Counted from the first letter of the stretch, positions 19,812 to 30,293 are shown. The stretch is DNA of 64,000 bases from an uncultured Pseudomonadota bacterium (GCA_963736005.1 CAVTNB010000001.1:544001-608000), one strand, 5' to 3'. Notes: generated by a model not told the origin, from the sequence alone. Translations and numbers: made by a program.

Positions 19812-22414
19812 ATTTGCATCAGGGGCAGGACGTTGCGCGTGTCGAGCGCCCGCGAGACAAGCGTGTTCAGGTTATCCAAATGTGCGCGCGTCAGCTCGTC
19901 GAGTTTGTTTGACTTTTGCGCGTACTGGATGTCGGACTGCAGCTGCAGCAGTTTCGCTCGCGCGAGCGACTGCGCATCGTACGGAGTTCCTTGATCTGGT
20001 TTGAGCCACAAGTTCACGAGATATCGTGCGTACCATTGCTGCAGGTTGCGGCGGATCTCGGTCGGAGCGTAGTGACTCGATCGTAGATCACCATAAATGC
20101 TTTGCTGCGCCCAATCGAACAAATCGGTGAGACTCATCGTCTGGCCGGGCTTTGACTTCATGGCAAGATCGTCAAGACGCTGGAGCATCAGCGGCTGGAA
20201 CATTGTCTGCAAGAGAACCGCCTGCGATTGCAACGCGATCTGCGAAATTGGTAAGTCGTGGCGCTCCGGTGGGTTGTACGCCCAGTTCCCACCCCACACC
20301 GGCGCCTGTTCTGTATAGGTGAGGGTGTTCAACAGCGACGGGCTGTAGTTCCAGGCGTTTTGCGAGAACAGATACTGATTGAGAACCCCGAACGCGCGCT
20401 GCTCATCTTTGCGCGCGACGGGTTGAAGCGGCGGCGCTGCTTTGGGATCGCCTTTGTGCGATCGCGAGAGATACTCACCGCCGATAAAGTGTTCGGCAAT
20501 CCCACCGCAGCGTAAGTAGTGCACCATGAGCCAACCAAACGCGTTGTAGCTTTCCTCTGGCGAGTGCCCCGGGCGCGGCCATCGTTGATCCACCACATGC
20601 ATTAGGTGCTGGGTCAGGTCGAGCTGCGTCGTGCACCAGCCCAATGAGTCGTTGGTGAGATCAAACCAGCTCACCCGCGGATCGATCGCGTGGGCGTTGA
20701 AGTACGAGACATCCTCGTCGCTGGCAAAGGTGGTCAACGGATTCGTCCACCCCGCCGCCGCCCAGCGGTGCAGTGTCGGCAGTTCATCTTGTGGGGTCCG
20801 GGCGCCCGGAATTCGGGCGTAGCCCCAATGTATCGCGTAATAATCGTACGGACCAAGAACCGTCTGCCAATAGGAACCCTGTCCTTTTGGTTTCGGCCAC
20901 AAGTTAAGCGGCGCATACTCCATGACGGACGACGCGACGCCCATGCGAGCGGTGAAGGACTTGTCTTGGAGTTGCGCTGCGGTGTAGGCCTGCGAGCCGA
21001 TAAAGTTATGTTGGAAACCCATGTCGTGACCCGACTCGTGAAGAATCGTCGATCTCAGTGAATCCAAATGATAGTGCCAGCTGTCGCCGGGACCATCCAA
21101 CCGATTCATCAAGTCGAGCGCAACGTCGCCGAATTTTGTTTCGGCGAGTTTCTCGGCGGCGAAGCCAAATTGGGGCATACCTAGGCGGCCAGACGAGGTC
21201 CGCGTTGGGGTAATAAAATATTCCCATGCGCTCGTCGGTCCGTATCCCTCAACTGCATCGACTAGAATACCGCTATGGAACAGCTCACCGGTTCGGGGAT
21301 CGTACACCCACTGCGCTTCTGCTCCGAAGCTTGGGTACGCTTCCGTTACCCAGCGCACGACGTTGTAGCGAATGTCGTCCGGATCCCAAGTCGGATCGTT
21401 TGGTTGGTCTTGGACCTCAACGGCATTGCTGATGCCAACCTTCTCGAATGCTTGATTCCATTGCAGCAGCGCTGAGCGGACGGTTGAACGATACTCGTCA
21501 GGAATCGTATTGCTCAGGTAAAACACGACTGGTTTTTTGGCCGGAGATATTGACTTTGTGGGATCTGAAGGTTGCAAATTCCAACGAATGATATAACTAA
21601 CGTTGCGCGAGAGCGTGAGGTCGTTCGTGAAATCAAGGTACGGTGACGCGACATAACCTACGCGATCGTCGAATATGCGAGGCATGTAGTTTTTGTCATC
21701 CGGAGGCTGTGCCAGATTGTACACGACGCGCATTTGAATCGTTCGCGCGTCGGGGGTAGTGTCGACCACGTTTGGATCGTCACTCGCCCATGTTTGGTCC
21801 GCGTCAATGATGACGTTCTGGGGAAAGGCCTTGCTCGGTCCAAACACCGTCCGGGCAGGATCCAAGCGGTACGCGTGCTCGGGCGTTGTTTGCAGCCCCT
21901 GGGACAAAACGGCCTTGAGCCCAAGGACATCATCAAGAAACGGCGCCGCATCGAAGACAACCTTGCCGGCGACCGGGTCTTCGGCTACGATCGGCGCAGT
22001 GGCCACAACCGATGGCGAAAATGACTGTTCAATCGAGCGCTGCCGAGCACTTCCATCGGCCGCTTTGAAGAACGTGTTTGGCCACGTAATGACGATTTTG
22101 TCACCGTTGCGCGTGAACTCAATCAACTTGGTTTGCGCGAACATCGCCTCGCCCCAGACGATCGCCCAACCGCCGAGACCGTTTGAGGGAGCCGCGCTTT
22201 GAATGAAATCCTGGCCGAGCTGCGGCTTCGCGATCTCGATATAGACATGGTCGTTTTTTCGCCACAACGTGAACAGGCCAGGTTGACTGGTTGCGTCGGC
22301 GGTCCACTTTGCATACGGCGCCGGAGGGCCGCCTGCATCATCCGCCCTGGCCGTTTGTGCAAACGCGCCCGCCAGAAACAAGCTGCATACAAAAATCAAA
22401 CCGAGCTTACGCAT
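19808..22414 (-). CDS. Secreted zinc-dependent metalloprotease (DUF5117/DUF4953-type)
   Basis: Signal peptide; PRIFDDRVGY, HESGHDMGFQHNF, SSVMEY Met-turn, GPYDYYAIHWGY. Confidence 0.9.
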   Translation of the reverse strand: MRKLGLIFVCSLFLAGAFAQTARADDAGGPPAPYAKWTADATSQPGLFTLWRKNDHVYIEIAKPQLGQDFIQSAAPSNGLGGWAIVWGEAMFAQTKLIEFTRNGDKIVITWPNTFFKAADGSARQRSIEQSFSPSVVATAPIVAEDPVAGKVVFDAAPFLDDVLGLKAVLSQGLQTTPEHAYRLDPARTVFGPSKAFPQNVIIDADQTWASDDPNVVDTTPDARTIQMRVVYNLAQPPDDKNYMPRIFDDRVGYVASPYLDFTNDLTLSRNVSYIIRWNLQPSDPTKSISPAKKPVVFYLSNTIPDEYRSTVRSALLQWNQAFEKVGISNAVEVQDQPNDPTWDPDDIRYNVVRWVTEAYPSFGAEAQWVYDPRTGELFHSGILVDAVEGYGPTSAWEYFITPTRTSSGRLGMPQFGFAAEKLAETKFGDVALDLMNRLDGPGDSWHYHLDSLRSTILHESGHDMGFQHNFIGSQAYTAAQLQDKSFTARMGVASSVMEYAPLNLWPKPKGQGSYWQTVLGPYDYYAIHWGYARIPGARTPQDELPTLHRWAAAGWTNPLTTFASDEDVSYFNAHAIDPRVSWFDLTNDSLGWCTTQLDLTQHLMHVVDQRWPRPGHSPEESYNAFGWLMVHYLRCGGIAEHFIGGEYLSRSHKGDPKAAPPLQPVARKDEQRAFGVLNQYLFSQNAWNYSPSLLNTLTYTEQAPVWGGNWAYNPPERHDLPISQIALQSQAVLLQTMFQPLMLQRLDDLAMKSKPGQTMSLTDLFDWAQQSIYGDLRSSHYAPTEIRRNLQQWYARYLVNLWLKPDQGTPYDAQSLARAKLLQLQSDIQYAQKSNKLDELTRAHLDNLNTLVSRALDTRNVLPLMQM

Positions 22415-22539
22415 ATCGGTTGTCAGCCCTCCACAATTGAATGCGCGAAATCAGATGGGCGACCATTCCGCTGCTCACGCCTCGTTCTCCTCGAAACCTG
22501 AAAAAGCAGTCCTTGCGCGCGGGCCGAATAGTTAATGCC

Positions 22540-23040
22540 ATGCTTCGCTTGGTTCTCGGAAGCGGTCTGTTGCTTCGCGGCACCACGCTCTTGCTTGTCA
22601 AAAGTTGTTATGAGCAAGCACCGCTACCGCTGTGGACGCTCCCTGGGGGCCGGCAAGAACCCGGCGAAACGATCGCGCACACCATTGTGCGGGAGTACTT
22701 GGAAGAAACCTCGCTCCAAGTTTGCGTCGACGAGCTCGCCTACGTGAGCGAATCAATCGATGCGAATGCAGACTTGCACGTCGTGAACTGCACCTTTTGG
22801 GTGTCTGAATCAGACCCAGATGCCCAGCCTGCTTCGAACGACCCAAAGGTCGTCGAGGCAAAGTTTGTGCCGGTCCAGGAGGCTCCTGATTTGCTGCGCG
22901 CAGACGTGCTGCGAATTCCAGTCGCCGCGGCGATCGGCGATCGGCTGAGCGGACCTAAAGGTCCGCTGCTCCATTACTACGCATTCGATGCCAAGAATAT
23001 CGTTGTTCCGTTCTTTCAGCTGGGACCAAGCCGTGGCTGA
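22540..23040 (+). CDS. NUDIX hydrolase
   Basis: WTLPGGRQEPGETIAHTIVREYLEETSL Nudix box. Confidence 0.9.
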   Translation: MLRLVLGSGLLLRGTTLLLVKSCYEQAPLPLWTLPGGRQEPGETIAHTIVREYLEETSLQVCVDELAYVSESIDANADLHVVNCTFWVSESDPDAQPASNDPKVVEAKFVPVQEAPDLLRADVLRIPVAAAIGDRLSGPKGPLLHYYAFDAKNIVVPFFQLGPSRG

Positions 23041-24061
23041 TCTCGTCAACGAGTTTGCGTTCTCGTGGTCGCGGCAAAAAATGTTCTACGATTGCCCGCG
23101 CAAGCTCTATTGGCAGTACTACGGCTCCTGGCAGGGCTGGGAACAAGATGCCCCAGTCTCAGCCAAACTCTCGTACCGCCTCAAGCAACTGAAAAATCTG
23201 TCCATGCTGGTTGGCGAAACCTTTCACGAGGAGCTCGCCGAAATTTTGCGGCGTCGCTCTCCAAAACCCATGACCGTGCCGGTCGCGCAACTCAAGGGCG
23301 ATATGGAACGTCGCCTGCTTCGGCGTTTGCGGGAGTCGCGCAACGCCGATTGGGAGCGCTATGGCGATCCGAAACGCTCGACCATCCTGTTTGAGGATTA
23401 TTACGGCAAAGGCGTCACGGGCGACATGGAGACACAGGCAATCGCAACCCTGCAGCGTTGCGTCGAAGGTCTCGCGTCCGATGGGTTCGGCCGCCGCGCG
23501 TTCGGCGCTCCCGCAGACAAGTTGCGCTATATCGATCCCAAAAATATTAGCGAGAAACGCGTTTCGGTCGACAACCTCGTGCTCTATGCATCGCCAGATC
23601 TCGTGGTGGAAGGAAAAACGGACGGGCTCCACATCGTCGACTGGAAGACCGGTTTACCGCGCCCCCACGACGTCAATGCAGCACAACTTGCTATTTACGG
23701 CATCTTCGTGCAGCAAAAATTCGACATGCCCCTGGAGCGAATGACCGCGCACCTGGTCTACGTAAGCGCGGGCGAACATCGAGAACAAAACGTCGTGGAA
23801 GGCGAACCGGAAGCTCGCCGCGTGATTGCGACGTACGTTGCCGATGTGAAGAGCCGCCTTACCGACGCAGCAGTCAACATCGCCGGCGACATCGAGCGCT
23901 TCCCGATGACCACGAACCTCAACATGTGCCGGAGCTGCAACTTTCGCGAGGTCTGCGGGCGTCTGCGACGAGCCGGCGCAGACACCCAGCAACGAGGAAG
24001 CTTAACTACTCCGTTGGCACGGAATTCGGCGGACCCGTGCGCGCTGCTAGTCCAAGTTTGA
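23033..24061 (+). CDS. PD-(D/E)XK nuclease with a 4-Cys (Fe-S-type) staple; true stop possibly 24005
   Basis: FSWS...DCPR, SPDLVV...IVDWKTG, QLAIY, CRSCNFREVC. Confidence 0.85.
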   Translation: MADLVNEFAFSWSRQKMFYDCPRKLYWQYYGSWQGWEQDAPVSAKLSYRLKQLKNLSMLVGETFHEELAEILRRRSPKPMTVPVAQLKGDMERRLLRRLRESRNADWERYGDPKRSTILFEDYYGKGVTGDMETQAIATLQRCVEGLASDGFGRRAFGAPADKLRYIDPKNISEKRVSVDNLVLYASPDLVVEGKTDGLHIVDWKTGLPRPHDVNAAQLAIYGIFVQQKFDMPLERMTAHLVYVSAGEHREQNVVEGEPEARRVIATYVADVKSRLTDAAVNIAGDIERFPMTTNLNMCRSCNFREVCGRLRRAGADTQQRGSLTTPLARNSADPCALLVQV

Positions 24062-25487
24062 GCAATTCGGGCACCGTCACAAAACGGTAGCCTTCCGCTT
24101 TGAGCTCAGCAACGATCAGCTTCGTCGCTTGCACCGTCGCCTCGCGATTGCCGCTTCGTCCGCGATTTCCGTCATGAAGCACGATGATCGAACCATCTTT
24201 GACATACCGCACGACGCGATCGCGGATCACCGTGGGTGGCGGGTTCTGCCAGTCGCGCGGCAGAGGCACCGACCACATGATGACCTCATAACCCATACGT
24301 CTGGCCACGTTAATCACCAAATAGTCGCGGGCACCGAATGGCGGGCGAAAGAGCCGCGTGCGCACCCCGGTGGCCTTTTGGATGGCGGCGTCGGTCTCGG
24401 AGATTTCCAACGCGATATGTGCCGAACGTTCCAGCACCAAATGGGCGTGATCCCAAGTATGATTTCCCAAGGCGTTGCCATCTTTGACTTCCTCGCGCAC
24501 GACATCGGGGTGAGCCTCAACAGCGCGGCCGACCACAAAGAAGGTCGCGACGACGTGCTGGGAATGAAGATAGCTCAAGATTTCGTTCGTGTACGGTGGA
24601 TTCGGCCCGTCATCAAAGGTGAGCGCGACGATCTTTTGCTGAAGCGGCACGCGAGTTACCGTGTGGCCGAACATCTGGCTCGCCGGATTTTCCACAAAAT
24701 ACCACGACGCGGCAAGCAGCACCAAGAGGACAACCACCGCGAGAACGATTCGACGCCAGCTTATGGGAGCATCATCCTTTCCGCTTGAGGGGTTTTTCTT
24801 CAGCAACCGCTGCGCGCTTTGTTGTGTCGGCATGCTTGCAAGTTCGGAGCGAATCAAGTTTTCAGCGTCGATCACGCTCTGCGGTCCAAACGACTTGATT
24901 TCCGTCACGATTTTCAAATAGCGCGGATCGCGCAACGGCCGACCAGCGGAGGCAACCCGCGTCAAATCAAGCGATTTCATTGACTTAGCCGGCAGTCGCA
25001 GCATGAACTCCTGTGCGTTCGTCGTCGCCCAATACTTCGGATCAGAAAACCGAAATGAGCGGCTGCCGCCCTGGTCGCCGAGCGTTTGATCGATCTCAAT
25101 GACATATTGTTCGGTGGAGCGTGGCCGCACCGGTTTGTCATCAGTCTCCCAGATACCGTCCGCGCGAAGTTGTTCGAAGAGAAACGTGCCGCTGGGACCC
25201 GCGAGCGGCACGTCGAATTGTTTGGTGACGGAACCATCTCGATTGGTCGCAGAGAAAAACATACGGAGCGCTCCGTTGTTGTTTGAGATGCGATACGTTT
25301 CAGCAGAAATCGGCCCCACCTGTTTGTACACTTGCATCGTGATGGCCCAGGTGCTGTTTGCGTAGAGCACCTTATCGAGCTGCGGTTCTTGCATCACGAA
25401 CGGTTTGCCGAAAAAAGACATAGCCGACGGTCGCAGAGGACGACGCAAATCGCGACAACCAACCACGATCCTGGTTCGCTCGTTCAA
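24006..25487 (-). CDS. Polysaccharide deacetylase (NodB/CE4) preceded by an unrelated N-terminal domain, possibly two genes
   Basis: ALTFDDGPNP, GNHTWDH, FRPPFG, IIVLHDG in the C-terminal ~260 aa, after a TM helix. Confidence 0.8.
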   Translation of the reverse strand: MNERTRIVVGCRDLRRPLRPSAMSFFGKPFVMQEPQLDKVLYANSTWAITMQVYKQVGPISAETYRISNNNGALRMFFSATNRDGSVTKQFDVPLAGPSGTFLFEQLRADGIWETDDKPVRPRSTEQYVIEIDQTLGDQGGSRSFRFSDPKYWATTNAQEFMLRLPAKSMKSLDLTRVASAGRPLRDPRYLKIVTEIKSFGPQSVIDAENLIRSELASMPTQQSAQRLLKKNPSSGKDDAPISWRRIVLAVVVLLVLLAASWYFVENPASQMFGHTVTRVPLQQKIVALTFDDGPNPPYTNEILSYLHSQHVVATFFVVGRAVEAHPDVVREEVKDGNALGNHTWDHAHLVLERSAHIALEISETDAAIQKATGVRTRLFRPPFGARDYLVINVARRMGYEVIMWSVPLPRDWQNPPPTVIRDRVVRYVKDGSIIVLHDGNRGRSGNREATVQATKLIVAELKAEGYRFVTVPELLKLGLAARTGPPNSVPTE

Positions 25488-26335
25488 GACTCGGCCGCCA
25501 CTCCGACCACAATGACGGTTGTGAGGGCGCGATAGACCGCCAGCATGTCGTCTGACGAAAAGGCAACCGTGCGCGCCGCGCGGCGTGAGAAGCCGGGCAC
25601 AAGCGTCAGCGCATCTGCTTGCGAGGTTTTCATGGTGTCGATTTCAAGTACTATTGGTGGTGTGAGCGTGAAGAGCTTCGCGTCATCTCGGCGCGTCACC
25701 GCAGCTGCACTTGCCGCACGGAGCGCTTCCTGCACCTCGTGCGGCGAGCGGCACTCGGCCGCGTAATAACTCAGGCTCCTCTTTGTTTCTACCATTTGCG
25801 CCCATGGAAGGTTACGGCGCGCTTCGTCAAGCGTGGTTCGATCTCCCGAGACGAGACCAACCGGGACGCCATAGTAGCCCGCAAGCGCGGCGTTGATCGT
25901 CAACTCTCCCACGACCTGACCCGCGAGCCGGCACTCAAAGATCACGCGAGGGCTATAGGTATGGCCCATGACGGCATCGCGATCGCCAATGGCGCCGTGA
26001 TATCCGAGAAAAAATGCGAGCACGTGTGGTTGCGCATCGATCCCCTCGAGCATGTACAGCGGCTTGGCTTTCCCTGTGACAAGACGAGCCCGAGGATCAA
26101 GGCCGGGGCTAACGAGATTGCGCATGTTGGAGTGCGCATCGTTCACGCACGCGCTGCTGACGCCGGCCGAAAATGCTCCCTCCAGCACGGCATTGACTTC
26201 AGCAATAAGAATCCGCCGCGCGCGGTCGTAGGCGGCTGAATTGCTGGGCCGCACTTCATCCCAATGTACGAGCGTCGCGCAGCCCTCAATATCGGCCGAC
26301 ACATAAACGGCCGCCTGCCGTGCAGAATCTGCCAT
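25484..26335 (-). CDS. M55 family D-aminopeptidase (DppA-like)
   Basis: VYVSADIEG, VNDAHSNMRN, FLGYH, VGLVSGD. Confidence 0.92.
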   Translation of the reverse strand: MADSARQAAVYVSADIEGCATLVHWDEVRPSNSAAYDRARRILIAEVNAVLEGAFSAGVSSACVNDAHSNMRNLVSPGLDPRARLVTGKAKPLYMLEGIDAQPHVLAFFLGYHGAIGDRDAVMGHTYSPRVIFECRLAGQVVGELTINAALAGYYGVPVGLVSGDRTTLDEARRNLPWAQMVETKRSLSYYAAECRSPHEVQEALRAASAAAVTRRDDAKLFTLTPPIVLEIDTMKTSQADALTLVPGFSRRAARTVAFSSDDMLAVYRALTTVIVVGVAAES

Positions 26336-26431
26336 GCGTCCGCAAGCGTTCGGTCCTTGCAATGCGGCATCCTAGCTTTGGGACGCCTTGACGGGGGTCG
26401 TCACGGTCAGTGACGCGAAAAAATCGCTATT

Positions 26432-28307
26432 GTGGCAAACATCGTGCTTGAGTGGAAAACTGGCGTACTCGTTGCGGACGGAGCCATGGGCACGCTGCTG
26501 TTCGCTCGCGGTGCTGCTATCACGTCGTGCGTGGAGTTGCTCAACGTCACCACCCCTGAGGTGGTCGCACAAGGGCATCGAGACTATGTTGAAGCCGGCG
26601 CGCGAGTCATCGAGACGAATACGTTTGCTGCAAACCGATTGAAGCTGGCTCAGCACGAACTGCTCCCGCGCTTAGAAGAAATCAACCGGGCAGGGGTGGA
26701 ACTCGCCCGTCGAGCTGCTGGCACGAAGGCGTACGTCGCAGGATCGATCGGCCCGCTCGGCGCGCTCCTGTGGCCTTTTGGCGTGACCCGACCAGCGCAA
26801 GCGCGCGACGTGTTTGCAGAGCACATTGCAGCGGTTGCCTCAGGCTTGCCCGACCTTCTCATCTTAGAGACGTTCAGTAGCGTTGCGGAGCTCGTCCTCG
26901 CCATCGAAGCGGCGAAGCTCGTTGCTTCCGGTTTGCCGATTCTTGCATCGGTCTCGGTCGTGGAAGACGGCAAGACTGCAGGTGGAGATCCTTTGGATTC
27001 GGCATTCGCGCGCCTGCTCGAGGCCGGCGCAAATGCTGTCGGCATCAATTGTGCCGTCGGACCGCAAGTGGTGTATGATGCTCTCGCCCCTATCGCCGGG
27101 TCCGTCGGCGCACCGCTTTCTGTAATGCCAAACGCGGGCTATCCGCACCGGCTCGACGATCGCACGGTCTACGAATCTACCCCCGCGTACTTCGCCGCGT
27201 TTGCGCGGCGTTTCGTCGATCTGGGTGCCAGCATCGTGGGAGGATGCTGCGGCACGACCCCCGATCATATTCGCGCCATCGCACAGGCGCTGCAAGGCGC
27301 CACACGTCATGGCCCGCCGGCGACGCCCCGCGGCCGTGACGCTCGAGCGCCGCGAACAGGCACGCCTTCACTTGCACCTTTGACGAATCCGACTGCCTTT
27401 GAACGCAAACTTGGGCGCCAATTTGTCATAACCGCTGAGATCTCGCCCCCACGCGGCGCTGACGCGAGCGATGCCGTCGCGGCTGCCAAACTCCTCGAGT
27501 CTGCGGGTGCTGATGCCGTCAATATCTCCGATAATCCCACGGCGCGCTTGCGCATGTCGAGCACGGCGCTGGCGCATCTCGTCATGCGCAATACAAAGCT
27601 TGCGACCATCTTGCACCTTGCGATGCCGCGACCGCAATCTGCTCGCTTTGCAAAGCGAATTGCTCGGGGCCGCAGCGCTTGGTGTCACCGCAATTCTGGC
27701 GCTCACGGGCGACCCAAGCAACGTTGGAGATTTTCCAAAAGCTACGTCAGTTTTTGATGTGACGGCGTTGGGTCTCACGCAGATCGTCGATGCGCTCAAT
27801 CGCGGCATGGATCACGCAGGGAGCCCGATTGGAGTTCCAACCCGCTTTAGGATCGGCGTTGCCGTCAACCCAGCAGCGAAGGCGCTCGCAGGAGAACTCG
27901 AGCGGATCGAACAGAAACGCGCGGCGGGCGCCGATTTCGCCGTCACCCAGCCTATCTTCGATGTGAAGACCATCGCGCCGTTTCTCAAGTGGGCGATCGA
28001 GCGCAAATTCCCCGTGCTCGTCGGCGTGCTGCTCTTGCGCAGCTATCGCAACGCGGAGTTCCTGCACAACGAAGTGCCAGGCATGCAGGTGCCCGAAGAA
28101 GTACGCGAACGAATTCGGACCTCACGAGACGAGCGGATGGAGGGCATCGCGGTCGCGCGGGAGCTGTTAGTGGAGCTTGCGCGCACGCCAGGCGTGGCCG
28201 GCGCCTACGTTATTGCGCAAGATCATTACGAGGGCGCTGCAGAAGCGATCTCGAGCGCGACTCGTGCGCTGGAACGCGAGATCAGTCGTGGCGCAAATGC
28301 TCCATAA
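26432..28307 (+). CDS. Bifunctional homocysteine S-methyltransferase / methylenetetrahydrofolate reductase, +1 frameshift near 27623
   Basis: DGAMGT, ETNTF, GINC, PNAG, GGCCGTTP in the first frame; CRDRNLLALQSELLG, ALTGDP, TQPIFD, FLHNEVPG in the second. Confidence 0.9.
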
Positions 28308-28749
28308 AAAGATCTCTGTCGGTGAGGGGCTTTACGTCCTTGCGCACGCCCGGGAAACGCTGTTCGTCTGCGAGGTCGAGTGTTTCTTTCATGAGCGCCG
28401 CGTCTTCTTCTAACGGTGCCCCCGGCTCGGATTTCGTTGGAGCAAGTCCCGTGAGGAAGATCAACACTCCGGCATCGGCCGGCTTTTCAACTTTGCCGAT
28501 GAGCTCACCGGTCGGCGTGTGGACTCGTCCCCAAGCATCGACCTTGCCGATGATTTCGTACTCCATGTTCCAAATCGTACCTTCGCCATCCACGCGCCCA
28601 ACTTGGTGCACGCCGGCGTCGTCATCGTAAATCTCGCCGTTGTTTCCGATCCGGCCAACCGCGGGACCTGAATCGGGACCCATCATCACGTTGCCCGAAG
28701 CGTCGACCCGCGCAACGATGAAACCGTTAGCTCCCTTGACGTCTCTCAC
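28282..28749 (-). CDS. Hypothetical protein with short beta-hairpin repeats
   Basis: Repeated GRV/GKV-D-x-x-G-x-I units. Confidence 0.65.
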   Translation of the reverse strand: MRDVKGANGFIVARVDASGNVMMGPDSGPAVGRIGNNGEIYDDDAGVHQVGRVDGEGTIWNMEYEIIGKVDAWGRVHTPTGELIGKVEKPADAGVLIFLTGLAPTKSEPGAPLEEDAALMKETLDLADEQRFPGVRKDVKPLTDRDLFMEHLRHD

Positions 28750-29180
28750 TGTTGCGCCTCCCGTATCGATTGATCGCGAGTATCGAGGATGGCGTTAACC
28801 AACTCGTCAGCACGCTTGTTTTGACTGCGTGGCACGTGCCGTACTTGCCACTCTGAAAAATGTCGTAATACCCGCTGAACCTGGCTGCTCAATTCGCGCA
28901 TCTTAGGGTCCTTGACTTTATACAAACCGTTGAGCTGTTTCACGATGAGCTCGGAATCCATGTGCACCGACACCCGATCGAAGCCTAGTGCCTGCGCGCG
29001 CTGAAGCGTCAGTAAGAGCGCTCGGTATTCAGCCACGTTGTTGGTCGTGGTCCCCAAGAAGGCGCTCACCTCTTCCACGACCTTCCCGCTTGCTGAGAGA
29101 ATGATCCCCCCTGCGGCGGCAGGTCCAGGGTTGCCGCGAGCTCCTCCATCAGTGTATATCGTGCAAGCAGAATTCGGCAA
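28746..29180 (-). CDS. rnhA: Ribonuclease HI family protein
   Basis: YTDGGARGNPGPA, TNNVAEY, DSELIVKQ, HVPRSQNKRADELVN. Confidence 0.92.
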   Translation of the reverse strand: MPNSACTIYTDGGARGNPGPAAAGGIILSASGKVVEEVSAFLGTTTNNVAEYRALLLTLQRAQALGFDRVSVHMDSELIVKQLNGLYKVKDPKMRELSSQVQRVLRHFSEWQVRHVPRSQNKRADELVNAILDTRDQSIREAQQ

Positions 29181-29263
29181 TGCGACTTAGGTACTCCATA
29201 TCCTTATCGGCTTAGGACATTCTCAGGCAAGGGCGAATCGTCCGTCTTGCCGTACCATTCCCC

Positions 29264-29809
29264 ATGCAAGTAATGACACCGAACACGAATTTTCGCTGGC
29301 GCCTGCTCCTTGTCGTCGCGTTGCTCGCGATTGCTGTCATCTCCTCGGGCGTCCAGCAGCGGGTCGCCGCCAAGCCCGAGCCTTCCCCTTCTCCGTCGCC
29401 CACGAATCCACCGACCCCTTACATGCCACCCGATCAAGCTACCAACGGCATATGGGATATGATCCTTCAAGGCACGGACAAGAACGGATATACCGACATC
29501 TCGTATTCGGTGATGAAGCTCAAGGACGATGGTAATAACGTAAGTGGTGTTTGGCTTGCGGACAAAAAGACGGTGTATGTCGTTAGCGGAACGCGCGATG
29601 GTACGCACCTGACGCTCACCCTCAAGCGCCAGGACAAACCCGATGTGACCGCGGGCTCCATCGATGCAACCATCGATGGCATCGCCGACATGGTCGGCAC
29701 GATTACGCTCGGCACGGTGGAAACACCGTTTCAAGGAGCACAGCATTCACGCGTGCCGCCACCACCCGAAACCACGCCCGGCCCGCAGGAAAGTCCAACT
29801 CCCTACTAA
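29264..29809 (+). CDS. Secreted hypothetical protein with Pro-rich linkers
   Basis: Hydrophobic N-terminus, PSPSPSP linker, beta-rich core. Confidence 0.7.
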   Translation: MQVMTPNTNFRWRLLLVVALLAIAVISSGVQQRVAAKPEPSPSPSPTNPPTPYMPPDQATNGIWDMILQGTDKNGYTDISYSVMKLKDDGNNVSGVWLADKKTVYVVSGTRDGTHLTLTLKRQDKPDVTAGSIDATIDGIADMVGTITLGTVETPFQGAQHSRVPPPPETTPGPQESPTPY

Positions 29810-29843
29810 CGTACGTCGAGCACGAAGTTACGTTGAGCTAGAG

Positions 29844-30293
29844 CTACGCCTGCGCTCTCGGAGCGTGGGTGACGAGCACGGGAATCGGTGAGCGTCGTAA
29901 GATGCCCTCGGCAACGCTGCCCAGCAGCGCGCGAGAAATTCCCCCTCGCCCGTGACTGCCAACGACGATCAAGTCGACTTGACGTTTTTTCGCGAGGGCC
30001 AGCAGCCCGGGCACGGTGTCACCTTCAAGGAGCTCCGCTACGATCGTCACCTTCGATCCGGCCGCCATGGCTTTTGCTCGATCCAGGATTTCTTTGGCGG
30101 CCGACTGAGCGGCTGCAATGGCAAAGCTCGGGTCGATGGACGAGGGCGAAGCCATCGCCACGAGCTTGGCAACTTCAAGCACGTGAGCGAAGGTGACGGT
30201 CGCCCGCTCATCGCTGGCTACTTTGAGCGCGAGCGAGATCGCGGCATCCGATGGGGGCGAGCCATCAACGGGGACGAGGATATTGTGAAACAT
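29844..30293 (-). CDS. Universal stress protein
   Basis: ILVPVDGS, DLIVVGSHGRGG...LLGSVAEGILRRSPIPVLV. Confidence 0.95.
   Translation of the reverse strand: MFHNILVPVDGSPPSDAAISLALKVASDERATVTFAHVLEVAKLVAMASPSSIDPSFAIAAAQSAAKEILDRAKAMAAGSKVTIVAELLEGDTVPGLLALAKKRQVDLIVVGSHGRGGISRALLGSVAEGILRRSPIPVLVTHAPRAQA

Noticed and set aside
23033..24061. Cas4 / CRISPR system
   Set aside because: No other cas genes and no repeat-spacer array seen in the window
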